Positions 18,990-28,086 of a stretch of DNA of 64,000 nucleotides are shown piece after piece. The notes beneath the pieces were generated by a model, which had not been told where the DNA came from, made no database searches, and was given only the letters and a program-made list of their open reading frames with translations. The translations under genes were made by a program, and so were the position numbers. The stretch is taken from assembly GCA_937923345.1 (NCBI GenBank), contig CAKZVJ010000164.1, positions 4,052-68,051 on the forward strand, written 5' to 3'. Source of the DNA: an uncultured Saprospiraceae bacterium (GTDB taxonomy: Bacteria; Bacteroidota; Bacteroidia; Chitinophagales; Saprospiraceae). Numbering within the stretch: the stretch's first letter is position 1; every line of letters starts with the position of its first letter.

Positions 18990-19952
18990 ATGATTAAGCA
19001 GTTTATTAGAAAATTTAAACCTAGTTACGAGCTTTACAATTTGTTTAAGCGTTCCGAATTGGAGCATAACTTGAGCAAATACAAAAAGTATGGCCTTTCA
19101 AAAAAGTACTACTCATCTGTTTCTAGCCAAGATTTTGAAGGTCTAAACAGCCCACTTAATATCCATGATAGACTTGACACTCGAGATACCCTTCCAACTC
19201 AATTAGAGTTTCAAAATCTTTCCGTACAAAGGCAAAACGAATTATTGACTTGGTCTGAAAAAGGGTATGTTATTTTGAAGCATTTCTTCTCTCCCGAGAG
19301 GGTCCAGCAAATAAATACTGAGGTTGAAAATTTAAACAGAACGGGAAAAGCAAAGTGGGTAGGCAACAAGATGATGTTTGCGATTCATTATTCCGATATT
19401 ATGCTTCAAGCGAGTGCGGATCCAGAATTGATGAAGATTATCAATCTCATCATGGGAAAAAAAATGGAGCTTTTTCAAAGCATCAATTTTTTGACTGGAA
19501 GTGAACAAAGAACGCATTCTGACTCCTTTCATATGTCAACCTTTCCGTATGGCAATATCATAGCAGCCTGGATAGCCTTAGAAGAAACTAGCGCAGAAAA
19601 CGGTCCATTACACTACTATGAAGGCTCTCATAAATTGCCTTATATCGTAAATAAAGACTTTGGTAATGCTGGTACCTCTCTATTTTTAGGGAATAAACTG
19701 TACAGTGATTATGAAGATAAAATAGCGAGTATACTAGAGCAACATAATTTTGAAAGAAAAATATTGCTAGCTGAACCAGGAGATGTATTGCTATGGCATT
19801 CTAATCTATTGCATGGAGGAGAGCCCCACCGCAATAAAGAACTTACGCGAAAGTCTCTCGTAACGCATTACTATGCAGAGGATGCTATCTGCTTTCATGA
19901 AGTGACGCAAAGACCCACTTTGAAGCGCAAGTTAGAATTTCCCAGTCTCTAG
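18990..19952 (+). CDS. phytanoyl-CoA dioxygenase (PhyH) family Fe(II)/2-oxoglutarate oxygenase
   Basis: HSDSFH...AAWIALEETSAENGPLHYYEGSHKL...WHSNLLHGG gives the HxD...H facial triad and PhyH-like pattern. Confidence 0.7.
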   Translation: MIKQFIRKFKPSYELYNLFKRSELEHNLSKYKKYGLSKKYYSSVSSQDFEGLNSPLNIHDRLDTRDTLPTQLEFQNLSVQRQNELLTWSEKGYVILKHFFSPERVQQINTEVENLNRTGKAKWVGNKMMFAIHYSDIMLQASADPELMKIINLIMGKKMELFQSINFLTGSEQRTHSDSFHMSTFPYGNIIAAWIALEETSAENGPLHYYEGSHKLPYIVNKDFGNAGTSLFLGNKLYSDYEDKIASILEQHNFERKILLAEPGDVLLWHSNLLHGGEPHRNKELTRKSLVTHYYAEDAICFHEVTQRPTLKRKLEFPSL

Positions 19953-19993
19953 GTATTTAATTTAAGTAGATCAAATATGTTGTGTTTTCTTGA

Positions 19994-20187
19994 ATCGCGA
20001 CTCGCCGAAGGCGTCCAAGCTCGACAAAGCTTGTCCCGACTGGAGTGTAACGGAATGTCGGGGCGAAGTGCGTAAGGGGCAAACGGTGGAAGCGGCACCC
20101 AGAATATACGCATGGCAATGCGTATATTCTGGGTACAGCGGACGACGTGGTTCCGTCCTGATTTTTCATCAGGATCGGGATGACCCC
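19994..20187 (+). repeat. GC-rich multi-hairpin interspersed element, type A, copy E2
   Basis: GGTGGAAGCGGCA (20085-20097) and TACAGCGGACGAC (20134-20146) bracket a perfect 16-bp hairpin (20098-20133). At least four further hairpins. Ends in GATGACCCC. Confidence 0.8.
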
Positions 20188-20287
20188 TGATAAATATAAT
20201 CTCCTAACCAATATATTTTGACACTACAGAGAGAAAAATTATTAAACTAATGCCTTCTTTTGTTGTTCGATTCACAAACAATATTTA

Positions 20288-21325
20288 ATGAATAAGAAGG
20301 GAAAAATAGGCGTACTTGTCGTAAATCTGGGGACGCCAGACTCTCCAGGGAGGTACGATGTATATAAATACCTCAAACAATTTTTGCTAGATAGGAGAGT
20401 TATCGACATTCCATGGATATTCAGACAACTGCTCGTGAGAGGTTTCATCGCTCCGTTTAGATCTGGAAGTTCAGGAAAACTATATAAGAAGCTATGGACT
20501 GAAAATGGGTCTCCGTTAAAATATTATGGAGAGCAGTTAGTGGACGGTGTAAGTGCTGAGTTGGGTAGTGATTATGTGGTAGAGTTAGCGATGCGTTATC
20601 AGAATCCAAGTATTGAATCTGCCATTGAAAAATTGACGCGCCACAATGTACATGAAATCATCGTCTTGCCATTGTTTCCGCACTATGCTTCTGCATCTAC
20701 TGGATCTGTGCATGAAGAAGTCATGCGAATAGTGGGCAAGCAGTTGGCCATTCCAAATATCAAAATGATTAATTCTTTTTGGGACAATGAAGATATGATC
20801 AATGTCTTTGTGAAAAATGCAAAACAGTTTGATTTAAAGTCCTACGATCATATTCTTTTCTCTTATCACGGACTGCCTCAAAGCCAGTTGAGAAAAACGG
20901 ACAATTGTAACCACTGTTTGAAGGTTGATAACTGTTGTAGCACCATTTCAGAAAAGAACCAATTCTGTTATTCAGCGCAATGTCACGGGACAGCTCATAT
21001 CATTGCTGATAAATTAGGCTTGGATCAAAAGGATTATACCATTTGCTATCAATCTCGTTTAGGTCCAGATCCATGGGTTCAGCCCTATACCATAAAAGTA
21101 TTAGAAGAGTTGGCCAATAATGGTGCGAAAAGATTGTTGGTGTTTAGTCCAGCGTTTGTAGCGGATTGTTTGGAGACTACTATAGAAATAAGTGATGAGT
21201 ACCAAGAAGAATTTGAAGAGTGGGGAGGTGAGCACATCGACTTGGTTCCTAGTCTAAATGACGATCCAGAATGGATAAAAGGGGTGACTAAAATGATTAG
21301 GCAGGAATCAATGGTGCATGCTTAG
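20288..21325 (+). CDS. hemH: ferrochelatase
   Basis: GVLVVNLGTPDSP, YLKQFLLDRRVIDIP, LPLFPHYASASTGS and the C-terminal CLET motif region. Confidence 0.92.
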   Translation: MNKKGKIGVLVVNLGTPDSPGRYDVYKYLKQFLLDRRVIDIPWIFRQLLVRGFIAPFRSGSSGKLYKKLWTENGSPLKYYGEQLVDGVSAELGSDYVVELAMRYQNPSIESAIEKLTRHNVHEIIVLPLFPHYASASTGSVHEEVMRIVGKQLAIPNIKMINSFWDNEDMINVFVKNAKQFDLKSYDHILFSYHGLPQSQLRKTDNCNHCLKVDNCCSTISEKNQFCYSAQCHGTAHIIADKLGLDQKDYTICYQSRLGPDPWVQPYTIKVLEELANNGAKRLLVFSPAFVADCLETTIEISDEYQEEFEEWGGEHIDLVPSLNDDPEWIKGVTKMIRQESMVHA

Positions 21326-21349
21326 CTAGAAATCGCATGATATACCCAA

Positions 21350-21400
21350 TAAAAAAAACAGGAGGCATTCTTATTTGAAATGCCTCCTGTTTTCGTTTTG
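21350..21400. terminator. bidirectional intrinsic terminator between convergent hemH and the VWA gene
   Basis: A8 run, 12-bp stem ACAGGAGGCATT / AATGCCTCCTGT (21358-21390), then a T-rich tail. Confidence 0.75.
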
Positions 21401-21417
21401 ATATATAACAAGATTAT

Positions 21418-22518
21418 CTAACGATGTCTTCTAGATTTGTTGTTTTTATAATCCTTGAATACAAATTCGCCTAATCCATTCAATCCACTATAATATGCTT
21501 TTCCTTGATTGGCTTTCGTGAATTGTTCCACAAAGTTCATCAAGTAAGGATCGCTGGCTATCATAAAAGTGGTAATAGGTACCTGCATTTTTCTACAAGA
21601 AGAAGCTAGGGCTAGCGTTCGATTAATAATCTTACGATCCAGACCAAAACTATTCTTGTAATATTTCTTACCCTTTTTCATGCAAGTCGGTTTGCCATCT
21701 GTAATCATAAAAATCTGCTTGTTGGGATTCTTTCTTTTACGCAGAAGATCCATAGCCAATTCGAGGCCTGCAATCGTATTGGTATGGTATGGGCCTACTT
21801 CTAAGTAAGGCAAATCTTTTATTTCTATTGTCCATGCATCGTTTCCGAATACCAGTATGTCCAAAGTATCTTTTGGGTATCTTGTAGTAATGAGTTCAGA
21901 AAGCGCCATAGCTACTTTCTTGGCAGGGGTAATTCTATCCTCGCCATATAAAATCATGGAGTGTGAAATATCGATCATGAGGACAGTACTCATTTGACTT
22001 TGATAATAGGTCTCTCTTACCTCTAGGTCTTCATTGGTAAGATTGAATCCCTCAATGCCATGATTGATCTGTGCATTCTTTATGGACTCAGAGATGGCTA
22101 TATTTTCCAAACTATCTCCGAATTCGTAGGGCTTTAAATCAGAAGTAAATTCTTCTCCTTGTCCAGTTGTTTTGGTGCTGTGATTACCGCGCCCAGATTT
22201 CCGAATCATACCAAATACGTCCTCCAGTGCTTTTTGGCGAAGTGCGATTTCCATTTTCTTAGACGGTCTGAATCCACCCTCCTGGTCTTTCGGATTTTGG
22301 ATATACCCTTGATCTATTAGATCTTGAATAAAATCTGCCATTCCATACTCCTCATTAGTAAGGTTGTATTGTTTATCAAGTTCAGTTAGCCACGATAGCG
22401 CTTCACTCACATCACCTGAAGTATGTACAAGTAGTTCCTTGAACAGCTTCAGAAGTTTTTCAAAGGTTGAACCAGCTAAGTCCGTGGGAATAAAGTCAGT
22501 AAATCGTAAGCCTATCAT
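21418..22518 (-). CDS. VWA (von Willebrand factor A) domain protein, CoxE-like
   Basis: MIDAS-type DISHSM...TDG pattern (VLMIDISHSMILYG ... IFMITDGKPT) preceded by a helical N-domain of about 170 aa. Confidence 0.75.
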   Translation of the reverse strand: MIGLRFTDFIPTDLAGSTFEKLLKLFKELLVHTSGDVSEALSWLTELDKQYNLTNEEYGMADFIQDLIDQGYIQNPKDQEGGFRPSKKMEIALRQKALEDVFGMIRKSGRGNHSTKTTGQGEEFTSDLKPYEFGDSLENIAISESIKNAQINHGIEGFNLTNEDLEVRETYYQSQMSTVLMIDISHSMILYGEDRITPAKKVAMALSELITTRYPKDTLDILVFGNDAWTIEIKDLPYLEVGPYHTNTIAGLELAMDLLRKRKNPNKQIFMITDGKPTCMKKGKKYYKNSFGLDRKIINRTLALASSCRKMQVPITTFMIASDPYLMNFVEQFTKANQGKAYYSGLNGLGEFVFKDYKNNKSRRHR

Positions 22519-22633
22519 GGGAAATGAAAAGTTTGTTAAATAAAAGAGTAAGAGTTCTTTTCTTTCAAGTGCGTTTGGGTACTTAAATAATGTTGTCTGT
22601 AATGTAGATATATTTTTGGTAATCTATGGCAGT

Positions 22634-23164
22634 CTAACGGACAAGACAACATTCAATAAGATGCAGATAGTCTGGTTTATCTGAGGCAACATTATGGATG
22701 TAACTTTCTAAAATTTTACCATCTAGAATATGAAAAATTCCAGGCATCTGAGTTGCATCGCCCAAACTTTTAGAAATCTCAAGTTTATTCTCTTTATTTT
22801 CTGGAGCGAAACCTCTAAACCAAGTAGACAGTCCATATAGCTGTGTAAATGAACCTTTACGCAAACCAAAGGCTTGATAGTGATTTTTTTCTGGATCGCT
22901 AATGTGCTTGACTCCAGCAAGATTAAATTCCTTAAAGTATTTTTCTGCTATTTCGTTACTAGCCATATGCACGAATACAATCTCACCACCTAAGTTTTCT
23001 ATTTTTGCCTTTTGAGCGGCTAGGTCACGCATAGCTTCTTTGCAAAACACACACCCAAAGTGCCTTAGAAAAACTAAGAGTACCGGTTGTCCCTGAGAAT
23101 AATCATATAGATTGTTTCCCGTATTCAAGAGCATCCTTTTTTGTACATCCTGGGCTACATACAT
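22634..23164 (-). CDS. peroxiredoxin-like / AhpC-TSA family redox protein
   Basis: Thioredoxin-fold LVFLRHFGCVFCKEAMRDL (CxxC) motif. 176 aa. Confidence 0.6.
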   Translation of the reverse strand: MYVAQDVQKRMLLNTGNNLYDYSQGQPVLLVFLRHFGCVFCKEAMRDLAAQKAKIENLGGEIVFVHMASNEIAEKYFKEFNLAGVKHISDPEKNHYQAFGLRKGSFTQLYGLSTWFRGFAPENKENKLEISKSLGDATQMPGIFHILDGKILESYIHNVASDKPDYLHLIECCLVR

Positions 23165-23436
23165 ATATTTCTCGATTTTATGAAGCTTTTATGGAACGCT
23201 TCGTGTTAGTACGTACAACATGAATTTTGAACATATAGTTTAATGTACGAAATATATTCAATTTTTTCCATATAAAATAGACTGTTTAGCCAAGTAAAAC
23301 ACTATCTTTTCCCTCTCTTAGTCTGTCGAAAAAGAGCTTATATTCATTCCTATAAACCTTTTTATTAGTAAAATATACGCTATTTGTACGTAATCACCTT
23401 TGGTGTAGCTATTTACAGTTATTAATAAAAATTTAT

Positions 23437-25101
23437 ATGATGCAGAAGAATTACCAAATCTTTACCCTTTTCATTTTATTATTATTCGCCGCAAGCATGG
23501 GTGCCCAATCTTTTGACAGACCCAATGGATTTGGCGGTCAAATCTTGATTATTGATCATGCTTCTTTTCAAGAGGATACTAATTTTGGATTAAGTGGTTT
23601 GACCACTGGCTTTGAATTTTCTTATAGCCGCCATTTTAATAAATTTCTCAGCTTGAGAGTACCTTTCAAAGGGGGAATTATTGGAGCGCAGGAATTTGAC
23701 TTTGCCAAAAATCGATCTTTTGTTGGCGTAGACTTAACTGTACAACTATCTTACTTTGGTAATGAGAATAAAATTGCACCCTTTGTTTATGGTGGATTTG
23801 GAGGAACAAAAGAGGAGTCTATGGATATATACAATCAAATTCCTGTAGGGGCTGGTCTGAATTTCAGAATCGGACCTTGGGGATTTTTTCAGACTAAAGT
23901 AGAATACCGAGCGGATCTTAATAACGAAGTAGAAAGAACCAATTTACAATATGGTCTTGGACTTGTAGCTGTGGTAGGGCCGACGGCTACGACTAAAGAA
24001 CTAGAGAAACTACTTTCAGATACAGACGGAGATGGGATAGATGATGACCTGGATCGTTGTCCAGATATCCCAGGCAAAAAACAATTTGGTGGCTGCCTTG
24101 ATTCTGACAATGATGGCATCGGGGATGCGGATGATAGCTGTCCACAGGACGTTGGCTTGAAAGCCCTCAATGGCTGCCCTGATGCGGATGCCGATGGAGT
24201 GGCGGACATAGTAGACAATTGCCCTGATATACCTGGGACCGCCAACGGCTGTCCAGATGCAGATCAAGATGGAGTAGCGGATACAGAGGACAAATGTCCA
24301 GATCTACCAGGTGGTAAAGAAGGCTTTGGCTGCCCAGAGGCGGTATTAGACAACAGCGATATTGCCATGGAGGATAACGTAATGGATGATGACATGACCA
24401 GTAAAGGAGAATCCGCAGTAGTCAATGATGCGGATGGTGACGGTTTTGTGTTAGCAGAGGATGATTGTCCAGATATGGCTGGGCCGGCAAATGGTTGCCC
24501 AGATGCTGATGGTGATGGCGTGGCGGATAAATTTGATGCTTGTCCAGATGCTGTCGGCCCATTAGCGGGTTGCCCAGATAGTGATAACGATGGAATAGCG
24601 GATTACAAAGACAGTTGCCCAAATATAGCTGGCAAAGCGTCTTCCTTTGGTTGTCCAGAGACGAATGTTTCCACAGGGTCTCCAGACTCTTATACCAATA
24701 GTACCTACACCGAATCATACACTAATACGACAATTACAAAATCAGCGCTTACTCTAATGTCTGATGCAACAAAGACGGTACAGTTCAAAACATTGAGTGA
24801 TGATTTGACGAGTTCTTCTTTTGATGTACTCAATGAAGTAGTCCAGTTGATGATTGCTAATCCAAATTATAGACTAAAAGTGTCTGGCCATACCGATGAT
24901 AGAGGTGAAGATTCTGTCAATCAAAGGCTTTCTGAAAAGAGAGCACGTGCCTGTGTGAGACATCTTCGCAATCAGGGTGTGCCTGAAATTCAAATGAGTT
25001 ACATGGGCTATGGGGCTAGACTTCCAGTCACTGACAATGACACAGAGTACGGCCGTAGTCAAAACAGAAGAGTAGAATTCGAATTGTATATAATTAACTA
25101 A
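23437..25101 (+). CDS. OmpA-family outer-membrane protein with thrombospondin type-3 repeats
   Basis: Signal peptide and N-terminal beta-barrel. About 10 D-x-D-x-D-G-[IV]-x-D Ca-binding repeats (DSDNDGIGDADDSCP and similar). C-terminal OmpA domain GHTDDRG...NRRVEFEL. Confidence 0.9.
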   Translation: MMQKNYQIFTLFILLLFAASMGAQSFDRPNGFGGQILIIDHASFQEDTNFGLSGLTTGFEFSYSRHFNKFLSLRVPFKGGIIGAQEFDFAKNRSFVGVDLTVQLSYFGNENKIAPFVYGGFGGTKEESMDIYNQIPVGAGLNFRIGPWGFFQTKVEYRADLNNEVERTNLQYGLGLVAVVGPTATTKELEKLLSDTDGDGIDDDLDRCPDIPGKKQFGGCLDSDNDGIGDADDSCPQDVGLKALNGCPDADADGVADIVDNCPDIPGTANGCPDADQDGVADTEDKCPDLPGGKEGFGCPEAVLDNSDIAMEDNVMDDDMTSKGESAVVNDADGDGFVLAEDDCPDMAGPANGCPDADGDGVADKFDACPDAVGPLAGCPDSDNDGIADYKDSCPNIAGKASSFGCPETNVSTGSPDSYTNSTYTESYTNTTITKSALTLMSDATKTVQFKTLSDDLTSSSFDVLNEVVQLMIANPNYRLKVSGHTDDRGEDSVNQRLSEKRARACVRHLRNQGVPEIQMSYMGYGARLPVTDNDTEYGRSQNRRVEFELYIIN

Positions 25102-25125
25102 CTACATCGTTACATTTATAACATA

Positions 25126-25166
25126 AAAGCCCAGGGTTTTGCGCTGTCTATACCTTGGGCTTTTGT
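25126..25166 (+). terminator. putative intrinsic terminator after the ompA-family gene
   Basis: AAAGCCCAGG ... CCTTGGGCTTTT stem with one bulge and a 17-nt loop, followed by TTTT. Confidence 0.5.
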
Positions 25167-25232
25167 ATTATTAAGTCTCAATTAATCCACTATTTACGCA
25201 CTCACTTTCTCTATAAAGTGTAATTTTGTAGC

Positions 25233-26801
25233 ATGCTAAATCTACAAATTGCAGATACTTTTTCCAAAGAATTACCTGCTGACCCTATTTTAGAAAACTC
25301 TAGACGACAAGTATCCAATGCCTGTTTTTCATACGTCACCCCACGTATACCCAGCAGCCCTTCTCTAGTCCATGTAGCGAACGAGGTGGCTGATATGTTG
25401 GGGCTGTCCACGGAGGATACCAAGAGTCAAGACTTTTTAGACCTCTTTTCTGGAGCCAAGGTATTTCCAGGATCACAGCCATATGCGATGTGTTACGGAG
25501 GTCATCAATTTGGGCATTGGGCGGGACAATTGGGAGACGGTCGAGCGATCAATTTGATGGAGATCATGGCCAGAGACAAGCGTTGGGCACTTCAGCTCAA
25601 GGGGGCAGGGGAGACACCATACTCTAGGTCGGCGGATGGACTAGCCGTATTGCGATCCTCTATCAGAGAGCATCTTTGTAGTGAAGCCATGTTTCATTTG
25701 GGCGTGCCCACCACGCGTTCGCTCTCCCTTTGTTTGAGCGGAGATATGGTGATGCGCGACATGATGTACGATGGCAATCCAGCCAATGAAAAAGGCGCTA
25801 TCGTTTGTCGAGTAGCAGAAAGTTTTATACGATTTGGAAATTTTCAGATACTAGCCAGTCGCGAAGATACAGACGCGCTCAAGCAATTGGTAGAGTATAC
25901 CATAAAGCATTTCTTCCCGAGCATAAAGACGAAAGGAGAAAAAGCCTATCAGCAATTTTTTGATGAAGTAGTAACTAGCACTTTAGTTATGTTAATCGAA
26001 TGGCAGCGCGTAGGATTTGTACATGGTGTGATGAATACCGACAACATGTCTATCCTGGGGCTCACTATTGACTATGGTCCCTACGGTTGGCTAGAGGGCT
26101 ATGATAAAGGCTGGACGCCCAACACCACCGACCGTCAACATAAACGATACCAATATGGTCAGCAACCCACAGTAGGACTTTGGAATCTTTTCCAACTCGC
26201 AAATGCATTAGCGCTTATTATCGAAGATGTCAAGCCACTCGAACAATCCTTAGAGCGCTTCAAAGTTCAGTTTGCGCAAGGATACACCCGTATGATGGCA
26301 CTCAAGCTGGGATTGACAAAAGCTACACAAGCAGATCTACTCTTGATCAAAAGCTTAGAAGATAATCTGAGTATGGTAGAGACTGATATGACCATTTTCT
26401 TCAGACTACTGAGTACCGTTCAAAAGAAAGACAAAGCAAGTGAAGCCTTCGCACGTATAGCAGATGCATTCTATGATATCGAGGCCCTAGCCGAAACAGA
26501 ATTGAAAAAATGGTTAGATTGGTTTACAGCTTATCTGCGTAGATTACAAGAAGAGCTAGCTACAGATTACGAACGAAAGATTCGGATGAACATGTACAAT
26601 CCAAAATACGTGTTGCGAAACTACATGGCTCAGATAGCTATTGATGACGCGGATAAAGGAGACTACACTATGATAGATACCTTTTATAAAATGCTTCAAA
26701 AGCCTTACCATGAGCAACCAGAATATGAAAAATGGTTTGCCAAGCGTCCAGAATGGGCGAGAAATAAGGTAGGCTGCTCTATGCTTTCCTGTAGTTCTTA
26801 A
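25233..26801 (+). CDS. selO: protein adenylyltransferase SelO (YdiU/UPF0061)
   Basis: YGGHQFGHWAGQLGDGRAI, LKGAGETPYSR and HGVMNTDNMSILGLTIDYGPYG motifs. Confidence 0.9.
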   Translation: MLNLQIADTFSKELPADPILENSRRQVSNACFSYVTPRIPSSPSLVHVANEVADMLGLSTEDTKSQDFLDLFSGAKVFPGSQPYAMCYGGHQFGHWAGQLGDGRAINLMEIMARDKRWALQLKGAGETPYSRSADGLAVLRSSIREHLCSEAMFHLGVPTTRSLSLCLSGDMVMRDMMYDGNPANEKGAIVCRVAESFIRFGNFQILASREDTDALKQLVEYTIKHFFPSIKTKGEKAYQQFFDEVVTSTLVMLIEWQRVGFVHGVMNTDNMSILGLTIDYGPYGWLEGYDKGWTPNTTDRQHKRYQYGQQPTVGLWNLFQLANALALIIEDVKPLEQSLERFKVQFAQGYTRMMALKLGLTKATQADLLLIKSLEDNLSMVETDMTIFFRLLSTVQKKDKASEAFARIADAFYDIEALAETELKKWLDWFTAYLRRLQEELATDYERKIRMNMYNPKYVLRNYMAQIAIDDADKGDYTMIDTFYKMLQKPYHEQPEYEKWFAKRPEWARNKVGCSMLSCSS

Positions 26802-26807
26802 TTTTTT

Positions 26808-26940
26808 GGGCATGACCCAGATACTGCGCAGAAAAAGCGCCGCATCTGGGTCGGGCCATCCATGACTCCGTATTCACTTCGGACCATCCCTTGAGGGTCT
26901 GGTCTGCTCCTTACCGTCGCATCATTTCTACCCCTCATGC
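26808..26940 (-). repeat. GC-rich multi-hairpin element, diverged type A, inverted copy E3
   Basis: The reverse complement carries ATGAGGGGT (26930-26938 on the plus strand) and CCCGACCCAG...CTGGGTCATGCCC, which matches the E1 3' module CCCGACCCTG...GGGTCAGCCCC. Confidence 0.6.
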
Positions 26941-27072
26941 AGTTGGATAATTATCACGATGAAATAATTAGTAATTCACCTTGACCAATACACTTAAACA
27001 ATCATTTTCTCTCTTATTATTCGCAATTGAAAGTAATAATTGCTAGTTTTAGTCATACTAAATTCAAACACT

Positions 27073-27477
27073 GTGTCAATTAGAACTTCTATACTCGATT
27101 TTGCAAGATTTAGCTGCCTTGGACTAATCTTATTATGTTGCTTTTCTAATACCGTTTCAGCTAGTAGTGTTGACTATGCTTATCATACGCTACAAGTTGA
27201 TATCCACGATGATTTTGACATAGAGAAAATAAAGCAAGAACTCAGCGGGCTAATGAATGAATATACAAAGTCCAGCGATAAGCAGCATCAAAAGCAAGTA
27301 GTACGCACTTTGGAGTCCAAATTGTTATCACAAATCAATGCATACCCAAAGCATGAGGGTGAAATCTTGGAGGCTGCCAGAACGATGATCAAAAAGGCAA
27401 ATCACAATTGGATTATTCTGAGGAATGAAACGCAGCTAAAAATAAATGTGAGGGAAATTGCCCAAAGTAAGGAGTAA
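27073..27477 (+). CDS. hypothetical small secreted helical protein
   Basis: The only ORF in a repeat-rich spacer. Signal-like N-terminus if started at GTG 27073. No family recognised, and it may not be expressed. Confidence 0.3.
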   Translation: MSIRTSILDFARFSCLGLILLCCFSNTVSASSVDYAYHTLQVDIHDDFDIEKIKQELSGLMNEYTKSSDKQHQKQVVRTLESKLLSQINAYPKHEGEILEAARTMIKKANHNWIILRNETQLKINVREIAQSKE

Positions 27478-27557
27478 ATTGAAGAAAGAATTTATACGCT
27501 GAACCTAAGTGATTCTGTGGCGTATTTTCAGTACTTTTTGTTGAAATTATCAGATAA

Positions 27558-27616
27558 GATGGGCTACACCCATCGCTTTGTTGCATCGTGCCTTCAGCGC
27601 TAAAAGTACCTGGTAG
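27558..27616. repeat. possible degenerate fragment of the GC-rich element family (E4)
   Basis: GATGGGCTACACCC...GGTAGCC with GGCTAC/GTAGCC pairing. Resembles the ATGGGTAG 5' box of E8. Weak. Confidence 0.25.
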
Positions 27617-27676
27617 CCATTCATTTTCTTACCAATTTATTTTCTGAACATGCTTAATTCATAATCATTCATTTTG

Positions 27677-27795
27677 GAATGTTCAGAAATATCATATTTC
27701 GATGAGGTTAAACCTTCTTCACCTAAAAATCTCTAAATGATTACATCAATTTTAATATTATTACTTTAAAAACGGGGTGATTCTTTGATTCAATT
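27677..27795 (+). repeat. 119-nt AT-rich interspersed repeat, copy A
   Basis: Gapless 119-nt alignment to the reverse complement of 40981-41099 with 18 mismatches by my hand count. Identical blocks are ATGTTCAGAAATATCATATTTCG, AAAATCTCTAAATGATTA and TTAAAAACGGGGTGAT. Confidence 0.85.
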
Positions 27796-27825
27796 TGTCA
27801 TGATTTTTAAAAGAAAATCACGCCA

Positions 27826-27897
27826 AATTGGTCCCTGCTGCGCTAATACCCAGGGTTGTCACCCTGGGCTTTAATAAGGTCACCCCCTCTGGGGGTT
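27826..27897. repeat. possible short member of the GC-rich element family (E5)
   Basis: GCGCTAATACCCAGGG-ttgtca-CCCTGGG and GGTCACCCCCTCTGGGGG hairpins. The GCGCTAAT box resembles the GCTATKC box of type B. Confidence 0.35.
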
Positions 27898-28086
27898 CTT
27901 TTCTAACTTCTGAATATCCCTCATTTTGTTCTCGATTATTATAATATAAGCTAGCGTGTGCGAAACCACCACAGTAATCCAAAGTCAAAGCTCACTGATA
28001 CAAATCACCAGAGTATTTTATGGTGTCTTGTATAAATGAGAATGCTATAGTGAACTCCCTAATTCATAACTCATAATTCATAATTC

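Noticed and set aside
20153-20178. CUGAUGA on the reverse strand of E2 as a hammerhead ribozyme core
   Set aside because: The CUGA is consumed in the CCTGA/TCAGG hairpin itself. There is no stem II hairpin followed by GAAA and no stem III/cleavage-site arrangement.
19957-20211. ORFs of 60-110 aa inside the GC-rich elements (1981-2175, 19957-20211, 19990-20190, 28064-28261, 51120-51383, 51218-51454, 54256-54489, 54328-54651)
   Set aside because: They arise because GC-rich palindromic sequence lacks stop codons on both strands. They overlap each other in opposite directions and give Arg/Gly/Pro-rich low-complexity translations. Their reading frames are not shared between element copies.
23889-24718. 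Antisense ORFs (118, 83 and 98 aa) within the ompA-family gene
   Set aside because: They are by-products of the GAT/GGC-rich thrombospondin type-3 repeat region. The sense frame has clear domain structure.
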